Shown: in pieces, positions 18,987 through 29,973 of the stretch
Layout: every line of letters begins with the position of its first letter
Position numbering within the stretch: the first letter of the stretch is position 1
Source: a virus
Length of the DNA stretch: 64,000 nucleotides
Reading direction: 5' to 3' (one strand)
Virus record (IMG/VR): IMGVR_UViG_3300020048_000027
Coordinates: 64,001-128,000 of that record
Made by a program: the position numbers and the translations under genes
Notes under the pieces: generated by a model
Told to the model about the DNA's origin: nothing
What the model saw: the letters and a program-made list of their open reading frames with translations, nothing else
Databases searched by the model: none

Positions 18987-19388
18987 CTATTCTACAGGAT
19001 TTATTCTCTCTAATACTTCCCAAACTTGCTCAGGTGTTTTAAAACCCACTATTTCAACTGTTTCCTGTGTTTTTATCTCAATTGTACCGTCCCAATCTTT
19101 ATCTTCACTAAGAGAATATAAATACATTTCGATTAACTTACACTGTTCTTCTGAAAAGGTTATTCTAAAAAGGTTTTCGATAACTATAAAGAATTTATCT
19201 TCGTATAGGCTCATATCAACTCCTAATTCACTCTGCATAAAATCTGTTCTATCTTCTATTTCCTTTAACGTATTGATTGCTTCTATAAACAGCTTACGTC
19301 TGGTAACATCTCTTTTCGGTTTCTTTTCGTAAATTCTATACTGCAGGTCATTATTGGTTTTTAACACTTTTCTGATAAATTCTTTCAT
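18987..19388 (-). CDS. hypothetical protein
   Basis: ORF. Confidence 0.7.
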   Translation of the reverse strand: MKEFIRKVLKTNNDLQYRIYEKKPKRDVTRRKLFIEAINTLKEIEDRTDFMQSELGVDMSLYEDKFFIVIENLFRITFSEEQCKLIEMYLYSLSEDKDWDGTIEIKTQETVEIVGFKTPEQVWEVLERINPVE

Positions 19389-19438
19389 TTTTTTCAGTTT
19401 AGATAATATACGTACTTTTTCTAAAACTCACAACTCTT

Positions 19439-19816
19439 TTACATAGCCTCTTCCTCAGCTCCTCTTGGGTTTTGATCTGATAGTACTTGTCTTATTATCT
19501 TATCGAAGTATTCAATGTAGATAAAGAAGCCTACAACTGTCTTATCCTTAAGATTCCTATCTCTCTCCACCTTTAAGTCGTATTGGTCTAGTCCTGCCTC
19601 TAATCTCTTTTCTAATTCAATAGCGATGTCGTTTTGCTGTGTGGAGGATATCTGTCCAAAGGTTGTAGGTATAAATTGAACTTTAATACCTTTTTTCTGA
19701 GGATCTTCATTTACATCTACCTTTAGCATAAATTGATGACCTGCAAATTTAATCCTTGCTGATTCTGAGATTACTTGCTTAACTGTCTCTAATATTGTTT
19801 TTTTATCTAGTTTCAT
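19439..19816 (-). CDS. hypothetical protein
   Basis: ORF. Confidence 0.7.
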   Translation of the reverse strand: MKLDKKTILETVKQVISESARIKFAGHQFMLKVDVNEDPQKKGIKVQFIPTTFGQISSTQQNDIAIELEKRLEAGLDQYDLKVERDRNLKDKTVVGFFIYIEYFDKIIRQVLSDQNPRGAEEEAM

Positions 19817-20031
19817 GTATATATTTTATAATAATAAATAGCTTATAATTCTATCCCAGTAATATTGATTTCTGATTACTTACAGTCTCTGCTATAGTTT
19901 TATGTGTACTGATTGGCTTATTTCTACAGTAGTCTTTTACGGTCTTTTCTATATTGGCTGTTTCAAACTCAACTTCAAAAGATCTTCCTTCTGTGTCTAT
20001 GAATTCTATAGTATATTTTTTCATAAGTACT

Positions 20032-20859
20032 TTACTGGTTTAATTTATATTTATAATTAGTTATAGTTTCCTTATAGTCTTTAATGCCTTGTAAATGTTT
20101 TGAATTAGTATTTACACCACTTCCTATATAACTGCCCCATTTTTCTTTAGCAAACTTATGACAATTTCTCTCGTCTATCTGCGATTTTTTAATTTCTGTT
20201 TCTGATTTTGCTGTCAATGATACAAAATGATAAAAATGACATGTATAACTTCTAAAGGTATTAATTCCGTTTAACCTGTACTTTAAAAATAAGTCCCAAT
20301 CCGCTACATATCCTGCCGAAGAAGGGTACTGTTCATCATAGCCCCCTACTTTATTCCAGTTTAATTTACTTGTATAGATTGGAAAGGTCGATCCTTCATT
20401 AGTTACTTCTTCTTTACTGCAAGTATTCTCAAACTCCCAATACGACTTCAAGTCAAAAGTTTTTGGATCTCTACCCAGGTCTTTTATAATAAATTGAGGA
20501 AACATGCTACTGAAAGGTTCTATCTGGTTAGGAGATACTACTGTGTTAGTTATATCTAAGCTGCTTAAGCTTACGTCCCAATTCTTTGGAAAAACATTGT
20601 CATCGTTCACAATTAGTATATTGTTGCTCTTAGCTTGAAATACCCCTAAGTTCAGTATACGTGCTACTCCTATGTTTTCTTCTAATATTAAGAAATTAAC
20701 CTTCCCTTTCCATTTCTCAATTACATGTTTATTTTGATCTGCCATACCATCTACCAGTACCAGTATCTCATTAATTCCTTGCTGCCCTTCGTATGCAGAC
20801 TTTATACACAGATCCAAAGCATCAGGACAGTTATAAGTAGGTATAAGCGCTGTTATCAT
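20032..20859 (-). CDS. glycosyltransferase family 2
   Basis: LIPTYN, VDG, NDD, GGYDE, DWDL motifs. Confidence 0.85.
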   Translation of the reverse strand: MITALIPTYNCPDALDLCIKSAYEGQQGINEILVLVDGMADQNKHVIEKWKGKVNFLILEENIGVARILNLGVFQAKSNNILIVNDDNVFPKNWDVSLSSLDITNTVVSPNQIEPFSSMFPQFIIKDLGRDPKTFDLKSYWEFENTCSKEEVTNEGSTFPIYTSKLNWNKVGGYDEQYPSSAGYVADWDLFLKYRLNGINTFRSYTCHFYHFVSLTAKSETEIKKSQIDERNCHKFAKEKWGSYIGSGVNTNSKHLQGIKDYKETITNYKYKLNQ

Positions 20860-21554
20860 AGTATACTAATTTTTTCCCAATCTGTTAATGGTGCTAGCCA
20901 AGCTGTCTCACCATGGGTTGAATATCCCGGTATTGAAGATAGTAATATACGATTACTTTTACCGAGCTCCAAGAACATATCAAAATCTCTTGGGTAAGTT
21001 CCTGTCGTATGTTTTCTCAGTATATGCTCTACCTCTCTCAATGTCTTTACCTTTGCTGCAAAAGTCATAGTAGTTGAATTAGTTATTTTCCAATGAGTAG
21101 ACTTTGTCAAATATACTCCTGTTGGTTCGGCTCCTCCCTGACAGTATGGGTTTCCTCCTCTTGAAGGATCTAGATACTTATCAGGATGGTCATAAAGTGT
21201 AATAAAAGAAGCTCCTAATTCTAAACCTTCCTTGATTACTTCTTCACTGCCCGGTTTATGTAAATAATCATTCTCAATAAAATAGACAATTTCATCATCG
21301 TCATAACTTAAAGCCTCGTCTAATGCAAGGTTAAATGTCTGAGCTCCTGATCCTTGAGAGGTATATAAGATAATACTCCTACTAACGTACTTTTGAACCA
21401 TATCATCTGTCTCTGCCGAAATATTATCTGCTATAACAGACCAGGTACTATTTTGAAATACCTTGGTAGCATTTCTAAGGCAGTTTTCATTTGTGATATA
21501 GCCCGGCTTCACCTTACTGTACCCCGCATCTGATATTCTATAAATTATTCTCAT
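20856..21554 (-). CDS. GT-A fold glycosyltransferase
   Basis: YFIENDYLH motif and cluster context. Confidence 0.65.
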   Translation of the reverse strand: MRIIYRISDAGYSKVKPGYITNENCLRNATKVFQNSTWSVIADNISAETDDMVQKYVSRSIILYTSQGSGAQTFNLALDEALSYDDDEIVYFIENDYLHKPGSEEVIKEGLELGASFITLYDHPDKYLDPSRGGNPYCQGGAEPTGVYLTKSTHWKITNSTTMTFAAKVKTLREVEHILRKHTTGTYPRDFDMFLELGKSNRILLSSIPGYSTHGETAWLAPLTDWEKISIL

Positions 21555-22288
21555 ACTAGTTTGTTTAGTGCTGCTTGCATTTTAACTTCTTCTGACCTTT
21601 GCTTAACTCTACCTGGACCTCCATTAATATATATGTTAGGTAAGTGATGAATTATATTATCCTCAAACTCCGATATACAGATTACCTTTCTCATACCACA
21701 GTGTTGGTATATATCTGTGTTAGTCTTACACTTCAAGCTGTATTGATCATTGCCTAAGAACCTAGTAAAGTCCTTTTCCTTCTTTATATTTGCTAACTGT
21801 TCCTTAGATATTAAGAAGGAAGCTTGATGTACATTAGTAAAGTGTGCAAACTTTTTACCCTCAAACTCTTCTACTGAATTATAGTCCCAGTCATAATGAG
21901 CATGGTATGCAGGGTAGAACCTACCTGTCTCATTTTCCTCATACTGTATCAATCCAGCTATTCTATCTTTAGGAAGTATTTTTTCGTACTCAATAAACTT
22001 ATCTACATGATGCTCTTTCCATAAATGATCATTCTCTGAAAAAATAAAGTAATCAAAGTTTTCTGATTCTTGATCAATCAATTGTCGACAAGTCATCGGA
22101 AGTAGTTGATAGTTGTCTAGCTTTACAATGTTTACCTGATCGATTCCTATTATAGTCGGAAGAGGTATATTGGAATGTACAACAACAGTTACTTGATATT
22201 TCTTAAAAGATTTTAACTCTGAAACTACTTCTTGAAGGTATTCTAACTGTTCTTCTCCAAAATTTACTAAAACTGCTAATATTTTCAT
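21551..22288 (-). CDS. putative glycosyltransferase
   Basis: FIFSENDH, IHHLPN; context. Confidence 0.5.
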   Translation of the reverse strand: MKILAVLVNFGEEQLEYLQEVVSELKSFKKYQVTVVVHSNIPLPTIIGIDQVNIVKLDNYQLLPMTCRQLIDQESENFDYFIFSENDHLWKEHHVDKFIEYEKILPKDRIAGLIQYEENETGRFYPAYHAHYDWDYNSVEEFEGKKFAHFTNVHQASFLISKEQLANIKKEKDFTRFLGNDQYSLKCKTNTDIYQHCGMRKVICISEFEDNIIHHLPNIYINGGPGRVKQRSEEVKMQAALNKLV

Positions 22289-22295
22289 GTTCTTT

Positions 22296-23297
22296 TTATT
22301 TATTTCTCCAGTAACTGTAGAGCCCTTTATCTAGTTCATACTCCGACCAAACAAATCTATCTCTTGTAGGCTGTTGCTTAGCCCATTCCCACATTTGAGC
22401 TAACCCCTCTCTAAGGTCAGTCTTATGTTTAAATCCTAAAATATTAACTGATTTCTGAAATGTAGGTATAGAGTGTTTAACTTCATGTCTACCTTCTAAG
22501 TGAATTACTTTTTCAGCTCCTATCACCTCTCTTAGTATGCTGCTTGCTTCTTTAATAGAGTATTCCTCGATGCCCCCTAGGTTAATTATCTCTTTAGATG
22601 CTCTTGGTTCAATCGCAGCGTTCCATAGCGGCTCTAACGAATCATCTATATAGCTAAATGCTCTTGTCTGTTCCCCATCTCCAAATATAGTTATCGGGTC
22701 TCCGTTAAGATATTGGTACATCCAAATACCTAGTACGTTTCTATACTTATCCCAGATATTCTGCTTAATCCCATATACGTTATGTGGCCTAATAATACAG
22801 TAATCTAATCCATGTTGTTCGTTAGCTATCTGGATATCCATTTCACATGCATACTTAGCTACTCCGTAAGGGTCAATCGGTTTAGGTATTTGTGTTTCTT
22901 CAAATACTCCTCCGTACCCATGTCCATATACCGCTAGTGTGGATGTAAATACTAATCTCGTTACATCATGCTTAATACATTGGTTAACTATTCTAGCTGT
23001 AGCTTTAAGATTATTATCGTAATTATAAGATCTAATGAATGGAGATAACCCTTCTGCAGCATATGCAGCAAAATGAAATACGTAATCAATCTTACCAGCT
23101 TTAAAACAATTCTCAATAGGACCTCCTACAAGGTTCATTTCCCAAAACTCAACTCTCGGGTCAATATTCTCTTGAAAACCTCCGCTTAAGTCATCTATCC
23201 CTATTACCGTATACTCAGGCTTATTTTCAAGTATCCAATCAGCTAACCTTGATCCGAGCAATCCTGCTACTCCTGTTATTAATACTCTTTTTCCCAT
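22296..23297 (-). CDS. NAD-dependent epimerase/dehydratase
   Basis: TGVAGLLG, HFAA, YGVAK, GDGEQTRAF. Confidence 0.9.
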   Translation of the reverse strand: MGKRVLITGVAGLLGSRLADWILENKPEYTVIGIDDLSGGFQENIDPRVEFWEMNLVGGPIENCFKAGKIDYVFHFAAYAAEGLSPFIRSYNYDNNLKATARIVNQCIKHDVTRLVFTSTLAVYGHGYGGVFEETQIPKPIDPYGVAKYACEMDIQIANEQHGLDYCIIRPHNVYGIKQNIWDKYRNVLGIWMYQYLNGDPITIFGDGEQTRAFSYIDDSLEPLWNAAIEPRASKEIINLGGIEEYSIKEASSILREVIGAEKVIHLEGRHEVKHSIPTFQKSVNILGFKHKTDLREGLAQMWEWAKQQPTRDRFVWSEYELDKGLYSYWRNK

Positions 23298-23312
23298 TAT
23301 TATTATTAGTTA

Positions 23313-23906
23313 TTATAGTAGTTTAGTAAACTGATCGACTGTAATTAAATTTAAAGCATTAACTCTATTTTCGTCGAACCATTTATATTCTAAAACTTTA
23401 GGAAGAATATAGTTACATTTACCTTTACCTTCTCTTATTACGCCGATTCCTAAATCTGTGTCCACTACATAGGTAGTATACTTTGTATGGTTATTATAAT
23501 TAAACTCGACTAAAGATCGCCATACATCTCCTGTCCAGCAGTTTGATACTCTAGGAACTATTTGAGATTGTTCATCAGGAGGAGAACAATCATGAAGTAT
23601 CACAGCTCCGTGTTTATTTAAAGCTTTAATCGAATTTGCTATATCTTTTGTTACCTGTTCTGAATGATGTAAACCGTCTATAAAGATAATATCATATGTT
23701 TTCTCAGGATATGTTTCAAAAAACTCATCAGATGTCATTCTATAAGTCGGGTTAGCATGACTGTATTGACCGGTTGAAGGATCTATGCTCTCTTTACTCT
23801 CTACTTCAATCTGCTTAAAGTTTAATCCCGTATCTAATCCTATTTCTAGATAACTTTTATAATTATACTTCTTTATGAGTCTTTGTATAACTTCTGTTCT
23901 TACCAT
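23313..23906 (-). CDS. class I SAM-dependent methyltransferase (Methyltransf_24-like)
   Basis: YLEIG, DIIFIDGLH, ILHD. Confidence 0.8.
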   Translation of the reverse strand: MVRTEVIQRLIKKYNYKSYLEIGLDTGLNFKQIEVESKESIDPSTGQYSHANPTYRMTSDEFFETYPEKTYDIIFIDGLHHSEQVTKDIANSIKALNKHGAVILHDCSPPDEQSQIVPRVSNCWTGDVWRSLVEFNYNNHTKYTTYVVDTDLGIGVIREGKGKCNYILPKVLEYKWFDENRVNALNLITVDQFTKLL

Positions 23907-24685
23907 TTTTCTTTTACTTTATTTATTAAGTCGTTATAGTTATTAAATCCAAATATGTTTGCTCCACCTAAAAGTCTTAACCACGAGTCTGTCTTCCATA
24001 CGCCCCTGCCTGCTCCTGCACCTTCTATACTGTCAAATATTAGCACATCTCCTCCGAAGTATGAAGCAATACATGCGTTACCTCCTGATACTGTTATATG
24101 TTTTTCAGAGCAAGCTTCAATCATAAATTGTAATATATTATAGTTCATATCCGGGTATGTGTTCTTAAAGTCTTCTATGGTATAAACCTCAGGATAGTTC
24201 TGCTTAATAAATTCATAGTCGTTAAACTTCCTAATCTCATTTTCATCTTTATAGTAGTCCCTAGACCCACCTGTAGGTCTTATATATACAATATCGTACT
24301 TTTCTTTTAGGTATCCAAATAATTCACCTAATACTTCTGTTGGAAAATAATTAAACGGCCCTTGTCCCCATTCTAATGAAAATTTATTCTGAATAACGAC
24401 GACAGGTTTGTTAAATTTAATACTGTCTTTAAAATGTTCTTTCATAGGAGGAGGAGTCCATTCTAACTCTGTATATCCTGGTGGTTCCGTGCTATATGAA
24501 GCAGAATCATTGTCTGCATCAAATCTCTCTACTTCCTGTACGTTTGAACTAAAGTAATACACTTGCTTTAATCCTGGTTTGCATTTTACTTGGTACGGTA
24601 TTTTATTACTCTCATAATAATAAGCTTTAGGTAAAGCTTTAATCATATCCCAAGTAAACTCGTGGAACTCTTCTACTACCTTCAT
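23900..24685 (-). CDS. putative glycosyltransferase
   Basis: Context; ITVSGG..IASYFG. Confidence 0.45.
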   Translation of the reverse strand: MKVVEEFHEFTWDMIKALPKAYYYESNKIPYQVKCKPGLKQVYYFSSNVQEVERFDADNDSASYSTEPPGYTELEWTPPPMKEHFKDSIKFNKPVVVIQNKFSLEWGQGPFNYFPTEVLGELFGYLKEKYDIVYIRPTGGSRDYYKDENEIRKFNDYEFIKQNYPEVYTIEDFKNTYPDMNYNILQFMIEACSEKHITVSGGNACIASYFGGDVLIFDSIEGAGAGRGVWKTDSWLRLLGGANIFGFNNYNDLINKVKEKW

Positions 24686-24686
24686 G

Positions 24687-25304
24687 TTATATTTTTAAAT
24701 TTCTATGATAACCTCTTGTTGCTTTTCCTACGTACGGATCAAATACACTTCCAACATCTATATATGTGTTTGTCTTATTCTCTTTCCATAATTCATGTAT
24801 AAATACATTTGTAGCCATACCGGCTGAGAAACAGTATACTTTAGGAGTGTTCTCAAATGTACTCCTAACTATTTCCATTAATTCCTCCTTTTGCAACCAT
24901 ACATTGTTCTGAGGTATGACTATAAACTGGTTTACAAAAGTGAGGTTTACTAAGTCTGAGTTTCCAATATAGGTTACCTGTTTGCTAGTTAAGATATCTA
25001 TAAACGGTTGAAGTTTTCCCTCCATACTTGCTTTATGAAAAATATCAGCATCTATCCAATCCTGGTCGTAGTCCTCTACGTCTGAGGTTAAATTAAAGGT
25101 CTTGTAGTCTTGTGCCCCTAGTATGTAATCTTGTTTTACGCTTACTATCTCTTTTAAAGCATCTCCTAGGTCTGGGTAGTATATGTTTCCATCACAGTTC
25201 GCTCCTTGAAGTTTTCTTATGTTATACCATTCTCCGTCTCCCCATCTAGTTAAAGCGAAAGGTTCATTAGATTCTATCTTATAAATTATATCCTTTAATG
25301 TCAT
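24687..25304 (-). CDS. GT-D fold (DUF1792-like) glycosyltransferase
   Basis: RWGDGE and IDVGSVFD motifs. Confidence 0.7.
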   Translation of the reverse strand: MTLKDIIYKIESNEPFALTRWGDGEWYNIRKLQGANCDGNIYYPDLGDALKEIVSVKQDYILGAQDYKTFNLTSDVEDYDQDWIDADIFHKASMEGKLQPFIDILTSKQVTYIGNSDLVNLTFVNQFIVIPQNNVWLQKEELMEIVRSTFENTPKVYCFSAGMATNVFIHELWKENKTNTYIDVGSVFDPYVGKATRGYHRNLKI

Positions 25305-25324
25305 ATTCTTTTATTTCTAGTATA

Positions 25325-25975
25325 TTAAAAAGGTTCCACAATGTTCTCTTGAATAAAAAACTCTTTCCATCCCGGACTTTTACTTTTACCTTTTCTAACT
25401 GCATTAAAGTACACGGAAGGTACTTTTTTATCAATAAAGATGTTATACCCTCCCCCTAACATTTTACGTGACCCTTCTATTTCAAAATCCCAAGGTGAAT
25501 ATTCCGGAAGGAGCACATCATACAGAAATGACTTCCTCCAAATTGAAGGTTGCATAGATATTAAGTATTCACTATTATCTGAAAACTGTGTTACTCCATC
25601 TACTTCTATGTTTGAATATAGTTGATGTCCGCTTGGAGATATTTGTAACCTATCTATGTTATGTTTATCACATATTTCTAAATAACCCTGTAACTGTTCC
25701 CCTGTATAGGTATAATTAAAAAGGTAATCCTCTAATATAAAGAAGATATAATCAGTTTTACACGACTCAATTCCTTTTCTCATACGTGCTCCCCAGCTAT
25801 CATTTTTAGATAAAATAGTTGTAAAGTTAGTATCTGTATAGGACGGAACTTCTACTGTTTCCCCAACGAATATATTATTAGTAGATATCTTCCAGTATCT
25901 ATCGAATGTAATCTGAAATGGTTTCCAAAGTGATGAGTAACTATCACACGTACCGATTAGAGTAGTTAAGTTCAT
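25325..25975 (-). CDS. putative GT-A glycosyltransferase
   Basis: FILEDY, QPSIW, SPWDFE. Confidence 0.55.
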   Translation of the reverse strand: MNLTTLIGTCDSYSSLWKPFQITFDRYWKISTNNIFVGETVEVPSYTDTNFTTILSKNDSWGARMRKGIESCKTDYIFFILEDYLFNYTYTGEQLQGYLEICDKHNIDRLQISPSGHQLYSNIEVDGVTQFSDNSEYLISMQPSIWRKSFLYDVLLPEYSPWDFEIEGSRKMLGGGYNIFIDKKVPSVYFNAVRKGKSKSPGWKEFFIQENIVEPF

Positions 25976-26739
25976 ACTAACTTATTACTTTTACATATAA
26001 TGATATGGTTATCATGATATGATGTTTTTGGTATTTCTTTTTCAACACTGACAGTATCAAATATAGTTTTAAGTTGTTTTACCAATTCATTAAATAAAGT
26101 TCCGCTTGAATTTACAGTAAAATACCCGTGCTTACATTTACTTATAATATTCTCTACATAGAACGTAATTCCGGTTAAGTCCAATTCAGATAGGCAGTAG
26201 TCAGAGATTACTAAATCATAGTACCTATCAGTACGTATATTTAGGGTATCCATGAATTTCGCATCACATTTATTAAGTTTCAAATACGCACTTGACACTA
26301 ATAGGCTCTCCGGTATGTCAACCAGACTATAGTCTACATCCATGTACGATTTAATTACTAAACACTGACCGCCATAACCCGAACCGATTTCAACGATACT
26401 GTTAATATCTTTGTCTATTTCTAGAATATCTCCCAATACTCGCATAAATCTTAGAGTTCCAGGTGATATAGTATTGGTTTCAATATCATATATGTATGGG
26501 CTACCTGTTATATCATTCTTGCAAAATTTATCAATGGTATCTCGTTCAAGTAAAAGTGGGTAATTTTCTTTAATATGCTTATAGAACGCGATGGCAGTCT
26601 CTTCATCTCTTAAATCATTTCCAATAAAATTAGCGTATACTGGGTTTTGTTTAAAATTATCTAGATTTTTTGAAATTTTAACACACTCTAACTTAAATTC
26701 TTCAACTGATGGAAGCCATACTCCTTCGAAGTTTTTCAT
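25972..26739 (-). CDS. putative sugar O-methyltransferase
   Basis: IVEIGSGYGGQ, DLVISDYCLSE. Confidence 0.7.
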   Translation of the reverse strand: MKNFEGVWLPSVEEFKLECVKISKNLDNFKQNPVYANFIGNDLRDEETAIAFYKHIKENYPLLLERDTIDKFCKNDITGSPYIYDIETNTISPGTLRFMRVLGDILEIDKDINSIVEIGSGYGGQCLVIKSYMDVDYSLVDIPESLLVSSAYLKLNKCDAKFMDTLNIRTDRYYDLVISDYCLSELDLTGITFYVENIISKCKHGYFTVNSSGTLFNELVKQLKTIFDTVSVEKEIPKTSYHDNHIIICKSNKLV

Positions 26740-27593
26740 ATTAGTTCTTTTATCTCCTCAATAGTAAATTCTTGTACTTCATTCGAATAGGGTCCTTCAT
26801 CTAGAACCTTTTCATGTAAATTCTCACCAGGTTGTAATCCTATAATACTAATTGGAATATCAACTCCATTCGAATATTTTTCTACCATTGCCTGTAAAAG
26901 GTTCGCTATACTCATAGATTTCATGGATGGACAGTAAGGTGTACTATCAGTTGCATGTTTCATACAATCTAAAATTAGTTCTATAGCTTGTTCTACAGTC
27001 CAGAAAAATCTTGTAGCTTTAGGCTCTGTAACGGTAACACCTTTACCAGCTTCTATTAAATCTTTCCATTTACATAGTACTGAACCTGTAGAGTATAGTA
27101 CGTTTCCGTATCTCACAACTCTATATTTACATTTTGGATTTAAGTCTTCGTACTGTTTAGCTAATCTCTCCATTAAAAATTTGGTAGCCCCGTATACTCC
27201 TGATACCTGTGCTGCTTTATCCGTAGAGATAACTAATACAAACGTTAGATCTTGTTTAATTGACTGTTCGTAAATATTTAGAGATCCTATAGTATTTGTT
27301 TTTATATTCTCTCTTACAAACTTTTCTGCTAGTCCGACATGTTTAGAGGCAGCTAAATGAAATACACCGGTTACATTTTTCATTGCTTGCATAACTTCAA
27401 AAGTGTCCGAAATATCTCCTGTATAGATTTCTACTGATGGGTGTTTTTCTTTTAACGCTACTAACGTTCCCTCGTCTCTTCCTAAAACTCTTACTCTAGC
27501 TCCTTGGCTAAGTATATGTTCAACTAACGGCTTTCCTAGAAAACCCGCTCCTCCTGTTACTAAGTACAGTCTGTTTCTTTCTATCTTAATCAT
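26736..27593 (-). CDS. UDP-GlcNAc 4,6-dehydratase-like (PseB/CapD family)
   Basis: TGGAGFLG, STDKA, YGATK, RYGNV, PGENLHE. Confidence 0.85.
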   Translation of the reverse strand: MIKIERNRLYLVTGGAGFLGKPLVEHILSQGARVRVLGRDEGTLVALKEKHPSVEIYTGDISDTFEVMQAMKNVTGVFHLAASKHVGLAEKFVRENIKTNTIGSLNIYEQSIKQDLTFVLVISTDKAAQVSGVYGATKFLMERLAKQYEDLNPKCKYRVVRYGNVLYSTGSVLCKWKDLIEAGKGVTVTEPKATRFFWTVEQAIELILDCMKHATDSTPYCPSMKSMSIANLLQAMVEKYSNGVDIPISIIGLQPGENLHEKVLDEGPYSNEVQEFTIEEIKELI

Positions 27594-27613
27594 TATATCT
27601 ATGTTTATTTTTT

Positions 27614-28444
27614 TTATTCACTTACTGCTCTTCCTTTTGACTTTTCCCAATCCTTTTCCGGTCTAACCTCTAAGTTTGTTTTCCATCCTCCTTTAATTGT
27701 ATGTAAGGGTGTTCCTAACTTATCTGCTAAAGTTATTAATGCGTTAACATCTTTTGGAAAGCAAGTTCCTCCGTATCCTAATTTTCCATCCGGTCCCGGT
27801 ACATGTAGGTGACTATCTCCTATTCTTCCATCGGATGCAAATCCATTTAAAGCATCGACCCAGTTTGTACCTAGTTTATCTGAAAGTAACTTAAATTCAT
27901 TCATTATGGATACTTTTGTTGCAAAGAATGAATTATTCATATACTTAATTAATTCTGCAGTTGTTGAGTCTGTATGAATTATATTTCTGTTCATAAATCT
28001 TTGCTCAAATAGATATTGGACTCTCTGTGTAAATTCAAGAGGTCCTCCTAGTACAATTCTTGCTTGAGTAAGCATATCTAATTTAGCGGTTCTCTCAGTT
28101 AAAAACTCAGGGCTAAACACTATACTTAACTTTGGGTATCTCCTACAGAGATCCGCCGTAGTACCAGGAAGTACTGTTGATTTAATAATATAGATCGGCC
28201 CTTCTACTGCTTGGTCAAACACTTTCTCAATGTACGATAAGTCTTGCGAACCGTCTCTATGCATTGGGGTCGGTACACATATGAAGATAAAATCACATTC
28301 ATCTACCTCTTCCTTTGTATGACTAGCCTTTAATGGATCTACATCATAAATTCTTAAATCAGTTGTTGGTGAAAATGCGAATGCTAGACTCTCTCCTACA
28401 AACCCATTTCCCAATACTCCTACTTTGTATATTTCGTTTTTCAT
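27614..28444 (-). CDS. UDP-glucose/GDP-mannose dehydrogenase family (short form)
   Basis: GNGFVG, CVPTP, KST, PEFL, GYGGTCFPKD. Confidence 0.9.
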   Translation of the reverse strand: MKNEIYKVGVLGNGFVGESLAFAFSPTTDLRIYDVDPLKASHTKEEVDECDFIFICVPTPMHRDGSQDLSYIEKVFDQAVEGPIYIIKSTVLPGTTADLCRRYPKLSIVFSPEFLTERTAKLDMLTQARIVLGGPLEFTQRVQYLFEQRFMNRNIIHTDSTTAELIKYMNNSFFATKVSIMNEFKLLSDKLGTNWVDALNGFASDGRIGDSHLHVPGPDGKLGYGGTCFPKDVNALITLADKLGTPLHTIKGGWKTNLEVRPEKDWEKSKGRAVSE

Positions 28445-28447
28445 TAA

Positions 28448-28876
28448 CTAATAATTATGTATTGCTTTCCTTACGTTAAATTTTAGCTGTATTACCTTAT
28501 GTGTGTCTTCGCTCCAATCAAATTCCCCGAAATTAACTGACTCAACTGTTCCATATAGTACCCATTCCTCTACAATATCGCCTACTGGTCCTACTGAGTT
28601 AAGTTTAACTTGGATTGTTCTATCATCTCGTGTTCGCTGATACCTTAATCCTTCGTTAATTGCTTGTGAAGTGGACGGACTAATCGGGTCGTACATGTAA
28701 AATGTAATTGGGTCAACTTTCATACTTCCGCCATCCATTATAATAGGGGATACTTTAAAGATCGTGGAAGGGTTTATTTCAAACTCTTCTGGAAATAGTA
28801 CGGTAAATCGGTTTGTTTGCTTTGGGAATGATGGTACGGGCATTCCGTTAGTAATATATTCATAGTTGTTTTTCAT
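28448..28876 (-). CDS. T4 gp19-like tail tube protein homolog
   Basis: NRF, YDPISPS, GPVGDIVEEW.L.G, FGEFDW pattern. Confidence 0.6.
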   Translation of the reverse strand: MKNNYEYITNGMPVPSFPKQTNRFTVLFPEEFEINPSTIFKVSPIIMDGGSMKVDPITFYMYDPISPSTSQAINEGLRYQRTRDDRTIQVKLNSVGPVGDIVEEWVLYGTVESVNFGEFDWSEDTHKVIQLKFNVRKAIHNY

Positions 28877-28884
28877 AATGTGCG

Positions 28885-29511
28885 TTATTTCATTAACAAG
28901 TAGCTTGCATTCTGTTTTTCTTGTTTTTCTATAGTTTTATGGTGGTATAAACAGTATTCTTCAATATCTGGCAGTAATGAATACTTTTCAAATCCTTTTA
29001 ATGTCTCGTGGACTTTTCCTTGCCATTTAATTTCCGGCTTATTTTTCCATATTCTCATCTGCCAATCCGGAAAGTTCACCCAGCCCTTGTCATTGATTCT
29101 CCAATTCCAATCTGCTATGTGATTTGCGGATAGGTCCTTAACTGTATTTATCCTCGGTACCATTAGTACCTCCAACTCTCCATTAGTCTCTAACATTTCC
29201 GGTAGTGCTTGTATCAAGGTAAGGTTGGGGATTTCGTCTGCATCTATATTAAAAATATAATCCCCAGTACAGTACTCTACTAATTTATTTTTCCAATCAG
29301 CAAAGTGTCCTTCAAAGTTTCCTCTCCAAGTTTGTACGTTTGGCAGTTTATTAAACTTTAAAAGGTACTGTAGTACTTCCTTATTTCCGTTTTTTTCATC
29401 GTAAAGTATCACTATTTCATCCTGAATCCGTTTATGTTCCAGTAGGAAAGTTAGTAAATTTTGAATCTCTATGAACTCTGTGCAGACTGTTATTGCATAT
29501 GATAATTTCAT
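28885..29511 (-). CDS. glycosyltransferase family 2
   Basis: IDADE, PDWQ.R, W.GKVHE. Confidence 0.8.
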   Translation of the reverse strand: MKLSYAITVCTEFIEIQNLLTFLLEHKRIQDEIVILYDEKNGNKEVLQYLLKFNKLPNVQTWRGNFEGHFADWKNKLVEYCTGDYIFNIDADEIPNLTLIQALPEMLETNGELEVLMVPRINTVKDLSANHIADWNWRINDKGWVNFPDWQMRIWKNKPEIKWQGKVHETLKGFEKYSLLPDIEEYCLYHHKTIEKQEKQNASYLLMK

Positions 29512-29518
29512 ACTGGTA

Positions 29519-29968
29519 TTAGTCTTTAAAAAAACCTATATGTTCTAATGCATCAACAAAATCTCTTTGATCAAACTTCTTCATATTTTTCATATCCATT
29601 TTCATTTGCTGATCAGTAGGAAACTTTTTGGATTCCCTATCTTCCTCTGTAATAGCTACCGACCTAACTGCGGACCATTGCCAATCTTTCTTTGAGATAC
29701 CATCAAGAAACACCATACCTTTATCAGGTATTGTTACAGTTGCTGGAGCCCATACTCTACCGTCTGCATCTTCAAACATTAAGTCTCTGTATAACTCAGG
29801 TGATGAGCTTTTTAAAGTCTCTGCAACTTTTCCTCCTTTGTTCATCAGTGTTGAGCTTGTAAAGCCACATCCTACACAGAACCAAGTGATAACATCCGCA
29901 CCGATATGCTGTTCGTAACAAGCGTTACCGCCACATCTGTTACATACTATTAATTTGTCTTTTTCCAT
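29519..29968 (-). CDS. zinc-ribbon hypothetical protein
   Basis: CNRC...CVGC. Confidence 0.6.
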   Translation of the reverse strand: MEKDKLIVCNRCGGNACYEQHIGADVITWFCVGCGFTSSTLMNKGGKVAETLKSSSPELYRDLMFEDADGRVWAPATVTIPDKGMVFLDGISKKDWQWSAVRSVAITEEDRESKKFPTDQQMKMDMKNMKKFDQRDFVDALEHIGFFKD

Positions 29969-29973
29969 ATTTT